The notes beneath the pieces are model-generated. The model was not told the DNA's origin, ran no database searches, and was given only the letters and a program-made list of their open reading frames with translations. From positions 3,720,001 through 3,784,000 of the forward strand of contig NC_089429.1 in NCBI RefSeq assembly GCF_026210795.1: a stretch of 64,000 nucleotides of DNA, given 5' to 3'. The stretch comes from Rhizophagus irregularis. Taxonomy: Eukaryota. The position numbers and the translations under genes are program-made. Below are positions 1-13,331 of this stretch, piece by piece (position 1 is the first letter of the stretch; the number at the start of each line of letters is the position of its first letter).

Positions 1-2990
1 ATTTTTTTTCAAAATAGATTTTCTATTATAAAATAAATTAAAAATATATTTTAATTTTAAAAAAAAATTAAAAAAAAAGGTAAAATTTTTTGGTTAATTG
101 GAATTAATTAGTGAAAATTTAATTTTAATTTTAGTAAAAAAGTACTTGAGATTTTTTAAAATGCTGAATTGCAAAATAATTATATACTTAAATGTAAAAT
201 AATTTATTATTTAATTAAAATTTCATTTCAAAGCAAATTAACTAATAGAAATAGGTCAAAAATTCATTTTTTTCATAATTTTTTAATTTTTACTGTGCAA
301 TTTTTGGCATTTTTTATAATATTAAATATACTATTATCCAATTAAAATTTTATTTTCAGAACTATAAAATAGATTAAAAATGTATAAAAAAATCAAATAA
401 AGATAAAAGCCTAAAAGATTCTAATTTAAAGAAATTTTATAATTAATTTTAAAAGATTTAATGAAAAAATTACCAGTTTTTTTACTATTATAAAATGTAC
501 AAAAGTTAATTTACTTAATAGAATTTCAATTTTAAATAAAATTAATTAGTAAAAAAGTGCTTAAAAACTTGATTTTAATTTTAATAAAAAGTACTAAAGG
601 GGTAATCAGATATTTTTTAAGGTTTTTTAAATTGCTTAATTTATAAAAAATAATTATATATTTATATGTAAAATAATCTATTATTTAATCAAAATTTTAT
701 TCTCAAGGTAAGTTAATTAATAGAAAATAGGTTTAAAATCCATTTCTTTCATAATTTCATAATTTCTACTGTGCAATTTTTGGCCAGAATTATGACCAAA
801 TTTTTTATATTTTTAATGAAATTTCAATCACAAATTTGCAAAAAATAATCATCTTATAATATTAAATATACTATTATCTAATCAAAATTTTATTTTTAGA
901 ATAAGTTTTCTATCATGAAATAGATTTAATTTTTCAAAAAAATTAATAAAAATAAAACTGCAAATTTTAATTTAAAGTAATTTTATAATCAATTCTAAAA
1001 GATCCAATAAAAAAAATCATTTATTTTTACCATTATAAGATGTACAAAAGTCAATTTACTTAATAAAATTTCAATTTTAGATGGATTAATTAGTGAAAAA
1101 ATGCTTAAAAACTTGATTTTAATTTTGGTAAAAAGTATTAAGAAATTAATCAGATATTTTTTAAAATTTTTTAAAATGTTTAATTTGTAAAAAAAAAATT
1201 ATATATTTAAGTATAAAATGATCTATTATCTGATCAAAATTTTATTTTCAAAGCAAGTTAATTAATAGAAAATAGATTTAAATCCATTTCTTTTATAATT
1301 TCTTAATTTCTACTGTGCAATTTTTGGCCAGAATTATGACCAAATTTTTTGTATTTTAATGAAATTTTCAATTACAAATTTGCAAAAAATAATCACTTTT
1401 TATAATATTAAATATATTATTATCTAATCAAAATTTTATTTTCAGAACAGTTTTTCTATTATAAAATAGATTAAAAATGTATTTTAATTTTTCAAAAAAA
1501 TTAATAAAGATAAAACTGAAAGTCTTAATTTAAAGTAATTTTATAATCAATTTTAGAAAATCCAATGAAAAAAAACACTTATTTTTACTATTATAAGATG
1601 TACAAAAGTCAATTTACTTAATAAAATTTCAATTTCAGATTGGATTAATTATAGAAAAAATGCTTAAAAATTTGATTTTGATTTTGGTAAAAAGTACTAA
1701 GGGGGTAATCAGGTATTTTTTGAAATTTTTTAAAATGTTTAATTTGTAAAAAATAATTATATATTTATATGTAAAATGATCTATTATCTAATTAAAATTT
1801 TATTTTCAAAATAAGTTAATTAATAAAAAATAGGTTAAAAATTCATTTTTTTCATAATTTCATAATTTCTACTGTGCAATTTTTGGCCAGAATTATGACC
1901 AAATTTTTTGTATTTTTAATGAAATTTTCAATTACAAATTTGCAAAAAATAATCACTTTTTATAATATTAAATATATTATTATCTAATCAAAATTTTATT
2001 TTCAGAACAGTTTTTCTATTATAAAATAGATTAAAAATGTATTTTAATTTTTCAAAAAAATTAATAAAGATAAAACTGAAAGTCTTAATTTAAAGTAATT
2101 TTATAATCAATTTTAGAAAATCCAATGAAAAAAAACACTTATTTTTATTATTATAAGATGTACAAAAGTCAATTTACTTAATAAAATTTCAATTTCAGAT
2201 TGGATTAATTATAGAAAAAATGCTTAAAAATTTGATTTTGATTTTGGTAAAAAGTACTAAGGGGGTAATCAGGTATTTTTTGAAATTTTTTAAAATGTTT
2301 AATTTGTAAAAAATAATTATATATTTATATGTAAAATGATCTATTATCTAATTAAAATTTTATTTTCAAGATAAGTTAATTAATAAAAAATAGGTTAAAA
2401 ATTCATTTTTTTCATAATTTCTTAATTTCTACTGTGCAATTTTTGGCCAGAATTATGACCAAATTTTTTGTATTTTTAATGAAATTTCAATCACAAATTT
2501 TAAAAAATAATCACTTTTATAATATTAAATATACTATTATCTAATTAAAATTTTATTTTTAAAACAAGTTTTCTATCATAAAATAGATTTAATTTTTCAA
2601 AAAAATTAATAAAAATAAAACTGCAAATTTTTAATTTAAAGTAATTTTATGATCTTTTCTAAAAGATCCAATAAAAAAAATCATTTATGTTTACCATTAT
2701 AAGATGTACAAAAGTCAATTTACTTAATAAAATTTCAATTTTAAATAGATTAATTAGTGAAAAAATGCTTAAAAACTTAATTTTAATTTTGGTAAAAAGT
2801 ATTAAGGGGTTAATCAGGTATTTTTTGAAATTTTTTAAAATGCTTAATTTGTAAAAAAAAATTATATATTTAAGTGTAAAATGATCTATTATTTAATCAA
2901 AATTTTATTTTTAAAATAGATTTTCTATTGTAAAGTAAATTAAAAATAAAACTAAAACCAAAAGTCTTAATTTAAAGTAATTTTATGATT

Positions 2991-4465
2991 CATATGGGCC
3001 GATCCTTGGAATCTAATTTTTTTACACAAAAATAATTTTATTAAAGCAAATATAAATTATCATTTATATAAGAATAATAAATTTATACCAGATAATGCAA
3101 AAAAAACTAATTAATTATATAATTTTTAATTTTTTTTTAATATAAGATATCATTAAAATTTAAAAGATCAAATATAACTCTCATGACAAAATCATTGATA
3201 ATTCTTCGTAGAAATAAGCTATACAAATAAATTTACATTCATTTGAAAGAGAAAATCGAGATCTATCTAATGAATCTAAAATCAAGTGAATTGAATCACT
3301 AGTTGTTCAGTAATCACGTTCAGTATATTATTGAATTTTATCTAAATTTGATCATTAATTACTTCACATATAGTGATTCAATTTGAATGATCTTTGCTCC
3401 CTAAGGTGATGCCAACTTTTATCTTTAAAATAAATTTAAAATAATTCGTTTAATATATGTAGATGTTTAGGAATCATCAATTATATTATTAATATAAAAT
3501 TTTATAAATTTGATAAAATCTGATATAAAAAAATTTATTAAATACCTGTAGATGCAAGCTACACGAATGAAATTATATTCATTTGAAAGAGAAAATTGAG
3601 GTCTATCTAATAAGCCTAAAATCGAATGAATCACTGGATTGTGAATAATTACGTCTAATATATTTATTTTTAATTTTTAAATTTGATTTGACTTTGATCG
3701 TTAATTACGCCTCATCCAGTGATCCAATTTTCCTGATCTTTGATTCTTACGATAGAGCAAATTCTCAGCTTTCAAATGAATGTAAAATGATGACGTTAGC
3801 ATATCTCCAGGAATAATAATGCACGATTTTGTCACCTGCATAAAGTCCGATCTGAAAATTTTATTTCTTACTAAAAAATGCTTTCATAAGAGAATCCCAA
3901 ATTCTTTTACTTTATTTAAAAGATTTTATTTGCCATTTAAGGATTTTAGTAGAATAAATCTAATAAAATAATTTTAAAAGATAAAAAACAAATATATAAT
4001 TAGTTATTTTGAAAAAAAAAGAATATCTTATTATTCATTTTACAACTATTTTACATCATAATTATTTTTTATTTGCATGTATTTTTTACAAAGAAAAAAC
4101 AATAAATTAATGCTAAAAATTATGAAAAAATATGTCTTATCTATGTATATAAAATATTAAGTTTTTTCTTTTACTTACCACTTAAAAATAACTGCTATAT
4201 TTGCTTATAAACTTTTTTGTCATATTTAATAAAAGTGAATAGAAAAATGATGGAAAAGTGATGGGAGTGATAGGGAAAAAGAAGTGGTTATTACCGTTAT
4301 TTTTGAATATTGATTAAAAAAATTTTTTTTTATTTTTTAATAAATCTGAGTTACGTAAATATGTAACACATATTTAATTTAGATTTGTGTAATGTTAATC
4401 TTACTAAAATATTAAATTTTTATAAAAATCTTAATTTAGACTAATTCCAAAAATCGGTACATATG
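2991..4465. mobile_element. Non-autonomous TIR element with CA...TG termini (CMC/CACTA-like by termini), inserted in the satellite
   Basis: Left end CATATGGGCCGATCCTTGGAAT; reverse complement of the right end CATATGTACCGATTTTTGGAAT. The satellite (ttttatgat|taatt.tagaaaatc) resumes on both sides. Superfamily is uncertain. Confidence 0.7.
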
Positions 4466-5521
4466 TAATTTTAGAAAATCTAATGAAAAAATCATCTGTT
4501 TTTTTATTATTATAAGATGTATAAAAGTCAATTTACTTAATAAAATTTCAATTTCAAATGGAATTAATTAGCAAAAAATACTTAAAAATTTGATTTTAAT
4601 TTTGGTAAAAAGTACTAAGGGGGTAATCAGATATTTTTTGAAGTTTTTTAAAATGTTTAATCTGTAAAAAATAATTATATATTATATGTAAAAATGATCT
4701 ATTATCTAATTAAAATTTTATTTTCAAGGTAAGTTAATTAATAAAAAATAGGTTAAAAATTCATTTTTTTCATAATTTCTTAATTTCTACTGTGCAATTT
4801 TTGGCCAGAATTATGACCAAATTTTTTGTATTTTTAATGAAATTTTCAATTACAAATTTGCAAAAAATAATTACTTTTTATAATATTAAATATACTATTA
4901 CCTAATCAAAATTTTATTTTTAAAATAGGTTTTCTATTGTAAAGTAAATTAAAAATAAAAATAAAACTAAAAGTTTTAATTTAAAGTAATTTTATGATTA
5001 ATTCTAGAAAATCTAATGAAAAAATCATCCATTTTTTTTATTATTATAAGATGTATAAAAGTCAATTTACTTAATAAAATTTCAATTTTAAATAGATTAA
5101 TTAGTAAAAAAAATAAGTTAATTAATAAAAAATAGGTTAAAAATTCATTTCTTTTATAATTTCTTAATTTTTACTGTGCAATTTTTGGCCAGAATTATAA
5201 CCAAATTTTTTGTATTTTTAATGAAATTTTCAATTACAAATTTGCAAAAAATAATCACTTTTTATAATATTAAATATACTATTACCTAATTAAAATTTTA
5301 TTTTTAAAATAGGTTTTCTATTGTAAAGTAGATTAAAAATAAAAATAAAACTAAAAGTTTTAATTTAAAGTAATTTTATAATTAATTCTAGAAAATCTAA
5401 TGAAAAAATCATCCATTTTTTTTATTATTATAAGATGTATAAAAGTCAATTTACTTAATAAAATTTCAATTTCAAATGGAATTAATAATATTCTGTATAT
5501 GAAATCAAGTTATCATCATAT

Positions 5522-5674
5522 AGGGTCTTTGCAATAGAAAAGTACAAAATTCAAAAAATATCAAAAATTGAATTAATATTAAATTTGCATTTATTTCAGT
5601 AAAAAAAACATAATTGCATATAAAGTAAAATTAAAATTTTTTTGAGTTTTGTACCTTTTTATTGTAAAGACCTT
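5522..5674. mobile_element. Small MITE with ~37-bp TIRs and ATAT flanks
   Basis: Left AGGGTCTTTGCAATAGAAAAGTACAAAATTCAAAAAA matches the reverse complement of the right end, AAGGTCTTTACAATAAAAAGGTACAAAACTCAAAAAA. ATAT lies at 5518-5521 and 5675-5678. Confidence 0.8.
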
Positions 5675-6996
5675 ATATCTAAAATAAGCATTAGATATTT
5701 CTTATATTATCTGTATAATTTTGGTAAAAAGTATTAAGAAGGCAATCAGGTATTTTTTAAGGTTTTTTAAAATGCTTAAACTGTAAAAAATAATTATATA
5801 TTATATGTAAAATGATTTATTATCTAATTAAAATTTCATTTTCAAGACAAGTTAATTAATAGAAAATAGATTAAAAATCCATTTCTTTCATAATTTCTTA
5901 ATTTCTACTGTGCAATTTTTGGCCAGAATTATGACCAAATTTTTTATATTTTTAATAAAATTTCAATTACAAATTTGCAAAAAATAATCACTTTTTCGTT
6001 ATAATATTAAATATACTATTATCTAATTAAAATTTTATTTTTTAAAACAAGTTTTCTATTATAAAATAAATTTGATTTTTCAAAAAAATTAATAAAGATA
6101 AAATTGCAAGTTTTAATTTAAAGTAATTTTATAATTAATTCTAGAAGATCTAATGAAAAAAAACATTCATTTTTACCATTATAAGATATACAAATATTAA
6201 TTTACTTAATAAAATTTTAATTTTAAATGGATTAATTAGTGAAAAAGTGCTTAAAAACTTGATTTTAATTTTAGTAAAAAGTACTAAGGGGTTAATCAGG
6301 TATTTTTTAAGGTTTTATAAAATGCTTAATTTATAAAAAATAATTATATATTTATATATAAAATGATCTATTATTTAATTAAAATTTTATTTTTAAAGCA
6401 AATTAATTAATAGAAAATAGATTAAAAATCCATTTCTTTCATAATTCCTTAATTTTTACTGTGTAATTTTGGCCAGAATTATGACCAAATTTTTTATATT
6501 TTTAATAAAATTTCAATTATAAAACAAGTAATTTGTAAAAAATAATTATATATTTATATGTAAAATGACCTATTATCTAATTAAAATTTTATTTTCAGGG
6601 TAAGTTAATTAATAAAAAAATAGGTTAAAAATTCATTTTTTTCATAATTTCTTAATTTCTACTGTGCAATTTTTGGCCAGAATTATGACCAAATTTTTTG
6701 TATTTTTAATGAAATTTTCAATACAAATTTTCAAAAAATAATTACTTTTTATAATATTAAATATACTATTACCTAATCAAAATTTTATTTTTAAAATAGG
6801 TTTTCTATTATAAAGTAGATTAAAAATAAAGATAAAACTAAAAGTCTTAATTTAAAGTAATTTTATGATTAATTCTAGAAAATCTAATGAAAAAATCATC
6901 TGTTTTTTTATCATTATAAGATGTATAAAAGTCAATTTACTTAATTAAATTTCAATTTCAGATGGAATTAATTAGTAAAAAATACTTAAACTATTT

Positions 6997-7217
6997 ATCA
7001 CCAATGTCACGTGATTTTATAAAATTTGGCCAGAATTAAAGAATTGACATATAAATTTCCTTTTATGGAATTTGAGTAACATTACACAATCTAAAAATGC
7101 AATTTTGTTTCTCATAAAAAATGGCGAAATGCATTACACGAGATTCCAAAAAAGGAAATTTTTATGTAGATTACTTAATTCCAGCCAAAATTTTAAAATC
7201 ACGTGATATAGGTGATG
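6997..7217. mobile_element. Foldback MITE with ~75-bp inverted arms
   Basis: ATCACCAATGTCACGTGATTTT...TTTCCTTTTATGGAAT mirrors ATTCCAAAAAAGGAAA...AAAATCACGTGATATAGGTGAT. It interrupts the satellite; the exact termini are uncertain. Confidence 0.72.
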
Positions 7218-7536
7218 ATCACCGCCGGTGATTCATAGCAATTTTATATATGTAAAATAATTTATTATCTAATTAAAATTTCATTTTCAAGACAAATTAA
7301 TTAATAGAAAATAGGTTAAAAATCCATTTCTTTCATAATTTCATAATTTCTACTGTGCAATTTTTGGCCAGAATTATGACCAAATTTTTTGTATTTTTAA
7401 TGAAATTTTTAATCATAAATTTGCAAAAAAATAATTACTTTTTATAATATTAAATATACTATTATTTAATTTTTAAAATATGATTTTTATCATAAAATAG
7501 ATTAAAAATATATATTTTAATTTTTTAAAAAATTAA

Positions 7537-8012
7537 TTTGTGATCCACATAAAAAGTAGAGAATTTAACTATTAAAAATTGAGAAAACTTTGTTATTTTT
7601 TTCTTTATAAATAAGTATGCATTTCTTAAATATAATTTCAAATATAAAGCTAAATATATATAAATGCATTAGTTAGCTATACTTACTTAAGGTTTGGTGC
7701 CTTTTCTAAAGAAAATAAAAAATGTTTTATATGTGGTAAAGTTTTTATATGATACTCACAGATTCCTATCAGTATAACAATCGCAAATTCCTATATAACC
7801 ATATATATGACTTTTAACTTATATATATGCATATTAATGATATTATATTACAAAGATCAAAAAAGTAAAATTTACTTCATATTAATGTAAAATTGGTATT
7901 GAACCAACTTTTGATAAAGAAAATTCATGTAAAGATCTGTTTTATGATTTTATACTTTCCTTCAAATTTTATTAATTAAATTCAAATTCTCTACTTTTAG
8001 ACAGATTACGAA
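7537..8012. mobile_element. Decayed TIR element flanked by TTAA (piggyBac- or Kolobok-like target)
   Basis: Left TTTGTGATCCACATAAAAAGTAGAGAATTT; reverse complement of the right end TTCGTAATCTGTCTAAAAGTAGAGAATTT. TTAA at 7533-7536 and 8013-8016. The satellite resumes afterwards. Confidence 0.65.
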
Positions 8013-9258
8013 TTAATAAAAGTAAAAAAACTAAAGATTTCAATTTAAAGAAATTTTATAGTTAATTTTGAAAGATCTAATAAAAAAATTACCAGTTTTT
8101 TTACTATTATAAAATATACAAAAGTCAATTTACTTAATAAAATTTTAATTTCAAATGAAATTACTAATTAGTGAAAAAATACTTAAAAATTTAATTTTAA
8201 TTTTAGTAAAAAGTATTAAGGAGATAATCAACTGATAATCAGGTATTTTTTTTAATTTTTTAAAATGCTAAATTTGCAAAAAATAATTATATATTCAAAT
8301 ATAAAATGATCTATCATTTAATTAAAATTTTATTTTCAAAATAAGTTAATTAATAGAAAATTTGTCAAAAATCATAATTTCTTAATTTTTACTATGCAAT
8401 TTTTGCTAAAATTATGACCAAATTTTTGTAATTTTAATGGAATTTTAATTACAAATTTGTAAAAAATAATTACTTTTTATATTATTAAACATTAGTCAAA
8501 ATAGTCCAATTCAGCCAGATTTCATATAAACAAATTTGACTTAAATTATGGTTGAAATTTGGCTGAAATTGGATGAATCTTTCAACCGAAAATTTATATT
8601 GAGTGTTACTATTCAAACTGCCACTTATCTAAATTTCAGTTAAGTTTCAATTTACAATTCGCATAAGTTTCAGATAGCATTTTTATACTGGATATTTGGT
8701 AATTCATAAAATTGTATTTTATTTAATACTAATATATAATATTCTATTTTGCCTACAATATATTTAATATTATATTTTACCTATATATGTATACAATATA
8801 TTTAATACTAACAATGTATGCATTATTTTCAGCCTACATATATATAATATATCATCTTTAGGATACCTGGTTGTTTTTCAATTTTAAAGTATAGTTGAAT
8901 CTTACCATCTACATCAAAAAATTCAGAATTCGATAAAGAAATTTACAAAAAAAAGAAATTGTCAGAAGAACTAGTCTTTTAAAAAAAGAAAAATGAAATG
9001 TAAGTAAAGTTTTGTTAATAAAGAAATACAATACTTCAAACCCTTTCCTTGCCAAATTTTAAATTCATATCTGTAAAAAAAATTATCTAAAAAAAGAAAT
9101 CCAAAACGTTAGTAAATGTTTCAGTAAAAATTAATTAATTCAAATAAAATAAAATAAAATATTAATATGCATTTTACCAAAAGAATAAACTTTATCATAC
9201 TGAATTTTCCAAAAGAAATATATTATGAACTTCTAATTTTCCACCAATATTCAATATA

Positions 9259-10219
9259 CAGTCAACTCTCTTTATAGTCACACATTTGGGACAGTCCATA
9301 TTTGGTGATTATAAAAAGATGTGACTATATAAAAAATTTCTTATATTAGTATATCATAATTCCGGCCAAAAATTAACATAATTTTAGCCAAAATTATACT
9401 CAAAACTTTATTGTATCGTAACTCCGCCAATATTAATCGTAGAGAGATGATCTTACCGCCATTCGATTCGTCTTGATGAGACGGTTCTAATGGTATAAAA
9501 TACATCGAAATCTAATCACTAGATTAATTTCCGAAATTAAAAAAATATTAATGGTTTTTGTGTAATAACTCTGCCAATATTGATCCTAGAGAGACGATCT
9601 TACTGCCATTCGATTCGTCTTGATGAGACGGTTCTAATGGTATAAAATACATCGAAATTCAATCACTAGATTAATTTCCGAAATTAAAAAATATTAAATG
9701 GTTTTTAAGTAGTAACTCCGTCAATATTGATCACAGAGAGATGAGCTTATCACCATTCGATTCGTCTTGATGAGGCGATTCTAACGAGCTATTAATCGTC
9801 TTTTTACAATCACTAGGTACCGAGAAATTTAGCAAAATGTTAAATGGCGCAGTAAACGTAAATTAAGAAATATAATAATGCCGATGCTTAACATTTTGTT
9901 GAATAACTCATCAGCCAGTGATCGCAAAAGGATAAAACTACCACCATTCGATTCATCTCAGTGAGACGATTCTAACAAGCTATGATACATCTTTGTACGA
10001 TTATTAGATGCCAAGTTATTTAATATATTCTTTATATAACTGTGATTATAAACGGTTCTTTTTAATATAAGATTTTTGAGGATAGGTGTGATAGTGACTA
10101 TAGATAGATTGGGACTATATAGGATAGTTTTTAATAATAAAGTGTTTTGAACATTCAACTGGTGTGACTATATAGTAGAATGTGACTATAACGGGAGTGA
10201 CTATAGAGGGAGTTGACTG
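9259..10219. mobile_element. pogo/Tc1-mariner-type MITE, copy 1 (961 bp, empty of the SINE-like insert)
   Basis: TA-CAGTCAACTCTCTTTATAGTCAC ... GTGACTATAGAGGGAGTTGACTG-TA. It has subterminal GTGACTATA repeats and four internal repeat units, and a near-identical second copy starts at 12652. Confidence 0.92.
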
Positions 10220-10982
10220 TATCTAAGACCAGCTGTTTTATAAGAAAAAAAGTTTAAAAATGTTTTATTACTGTAAAATAAATAAAAAAGAACTTTCTAC
10301 CATAGATCTATATGTCTAAATGTCTGAAGAAATATACCGTCTAAAAAATTAAGAAAAATAAACTATTAAAAATCATTTATTATTAAAGTAATAATAATTG
10401 AATAAATGTATTTGTAATAGTCTATTACATATCTTATTTGTAACATCCTTTTTTTATTTTTTTTTTAATAATAAATTTAGTATGTGTTTTACAAATAAAA
10501 TTTTTATATGCAAAATTTAATTTGGAAAACTTTTACTTAATGTACTTAAGACAGTTTTATAGACAAAATTTTAAGTTATAAGCAGTTTCTTGAAATTTTT
10601 TAAACAATTTATTCTTTTGTTTTAGTTATACGACTAATCTTTTATTTTTGTTTATATTACTCCTGATCTTAAATTTTAATTGGATAAAATTGGAGGTTGT
10701 TAAATGTTCAGATCCTATTAAAATTCTGTAAATAGTGAATTTTTTTAGTAAGAAGATTATTTAATAGTTTAAATTAAAAGTTTTTTAGATATATTAATAA
10801 TGAATTATTTATTAGTAATAAACTTTTAATATATACTTAATATACTTAATATTTTTTGAATCAAAAATAACAGTTTAAATATGATTTCAAAAATTAGAAT
10901 TATTATAAATAAAAAAATATAGAAGTTTGTTTATAAGTTTTTTTTTTACAATTGATTAATTAAACATATTTTCTAATATATA

Positions 10983-11533
10983 CAATAGGCGATCAAAAGT
11001 ATACAGTCACCTTATTTTACGAAATTATGTAGATTACCATATGGTTATATAATATGAATGACATATAATTTTAAATTTAGGATCATGATAAACAAATGCA
11101 CTTAATTTTTCAGACTTTCCTTTATTAGTTAATTTTTTATTAAACATGGAATCATTTGCATTAAAATTATCAAAAATATTAAGATTAGGAATCTGGTTTT
11201 AAACTTACTGAAAATCTCTGAGCAGATATAAAAACAACTATTTACTTACTTTCTGGCATACTTTACTATCATTTTAACTTGAAAAAAATAATAGAGAATG
11301 CACAAAAAAAAATATTTCTTCAAGAATATTATAAGAAAATTAATCAATATGATGCATGGAAAATTGAAGTAATTACTGCCATAAATTAAATTATTAGCAT
11401 CTATATTTATATGTAATTCAATAAATGAAGATGAAATAAATATATTTACTTTATATTTTAGTTTTATTTTATATTAAATATATGAGAATTTTTTTAATTT
11501 GAGAGGTGTTTGTATACATTTAATCGCTTACTG
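10983..11533. mobile_element. Decayed, internally deleted Tc1-like element
   Basis: TA-CAATAGGCGATCAAAAGTATACAGTCACC; reverse complement of the right end TA-CAGTAAGCGATTAAAATGTATACAAACACC. Confidence 0.7.
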
Positions 11534-13331
11534 TAAAAAAGAGTATCTTAATTTTTAGTTAATAATAAAAAATTGTAAATTAATTGCTAATCTATATATA
11601 ATAAATAGAAAAATTATTGCAAATTTGAAATTCTGCATTTTTTCTATAGATAGTCAATTAATTTTTAATTAAATCATTTGAAATTTTATTAAAAAGGCTT
11701 TAAGATTTAATTTTTTTTTTTTATCCAAATGTTTAATGTGATTCTTATAAAACTTAAAATTTTAAAAATTTATCTATAAATTGAACAAATTAAAATTATA
11801 TATAAAATCTGCATTTTTCCCAAAAATATAAGTCAATCAATTTTTAATCAAATTAAATTTTGTTGAAAAACCTTGAAATTATATTTTTTTTATTCAATAT
11901 AAATATTATATAAACTTAAATAGAAACTTCAAATTTTATATTTATATACTTTACATAAAAATTTAATTGAAAAAATATGGATGTTTTTTTATATTTGATT
12001 TAATGACTTTAAAACCTGCAAAAACTATTTAATTTATAAAAATAAATTTTGATATTTTAAAATGATCTACATCACCTTTAAATCATACTATATATTCTAA
12101 ATATATATAAAATATTTATTTTTAGATTATTAAGTAAAATCAGATACTTATAAAGTATAATACTTAACTTTTGTAGTAAAGAAAAGAAAAAAGTCTTGTA
12201 TTAACTATTTTGCTAATTTTCAATTAGTCTATTATTTATATATGAAGTATGGATTAGCAATTAAAAATTAAAAATAATAATTATATTAAGATAATTAATA
12301 AACCATTCTGATTTATTTTATTAAATTTAATAATTTCATTATTATTAAGCTTCTTAAATCAAATTTTAATTTATATGAAAATTTATCTGAAAATATATAT
12401 AATTTTTGCTAATGTGTAAAATTCTACTTACTTATAATAAAGATCACTGTAAAAAATTGGCCACATTTTTATCTTATTTTTTTCTTAAATTCTATTGGTT
12501 AATTAGTTAAAAGAAAAAAATCATAATAATGTAAAATATAATTTCCTTTTATAGTAGGATTTGTAAAGACTTTTATATATGATTTTTACTTTAGGCCTAA
12601 GGATAAACTATCTTATAAACCTTTATATGTAACTAGTATTTAATTAATATACAGTCAACTCTCTTTATAGTCACACATTTGGGACAGTCCATATTTGGTG
12701 ATTATAAAGAGATGTGACTATATAAAAAATTTCTTATATTTGTATATCATAATTCCGGCCAAAAATTAACATAATTTTAGCCAGAATTATACTTAAAACT
12801 TTATTGTATCGTAACTTCGCCAATATTAATCGTAGAAAGATGATCTTACCGCCATTCGATTCGTCTTGATGAGACGGATCTAATGGTATAAAATACGTCG
12901 AAATCCAATCACTAGATTAATTTCCGAAATTAAAAAAATATTAATGGTTTTTGTGTAATAACTCTGTCAATATTGATCCTAGAAAGACGATCTTACTACC
13001 ATTCGATTCGTCTTGATGAGACGAATCTAATGGTATAAGATACATCGAAATCCAATCACTAGATCAGTTTCCGAAATTAAAAAATATTAAATGGTTTTTA
13101 AGTAATAACTCCGTCAATATTGATCACAGAGAGATGAGCTTACCACCATTCGATTCGTCTCGATGAGGCGATTCCAACGAGCTATAAATCGTCTTTTTAC
13201 AATCACTAGGTACCGAGAAATCTAGCAAAATGTTAAATGGCGCAGTAAACGTAAATCAAGAAATATTATAATGCCGATGTTTAACATTTTGTTGAATAAC
13301 TCGTCAGCCAGTGATTGGAAAAGGATAAAAC

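Larger units (their letters stand above)
1..8485. repeat. Degenerate AT-rich tandem satellite, unit ~540-560 bp, interrupted by MITEs
   Basis: The core TTTCTACTGTGCAATTTTTGGCCAGAATTATGACCAAATTTTT recurs at about 770, 1310, 1868, 2428, 4788, 5172, 5905, 6458, 6658, 7350 and 8390. The units at ~1330-1890 and ~1890-2450 are nearly identical. Confidence 0.93.

Noticed and set aside
9460..9980. Hammerhead ribozyme or CRISPR array in the TTGATGAG...CGAAA repeats
   Set aside because: The core reads CTTGATGA rather than CTGATGA and no stem II closes onto GAAA. The spacers are homologous to one another, the context is eukaryotic and there are no cas genes.
9958..10158. Duplicated 64-66-aa ORFs (also 15355-15549)
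   Set aside because: They have non-ATG starts and lie in MITE subterminal DNA; the similarity just reflects the repeat.
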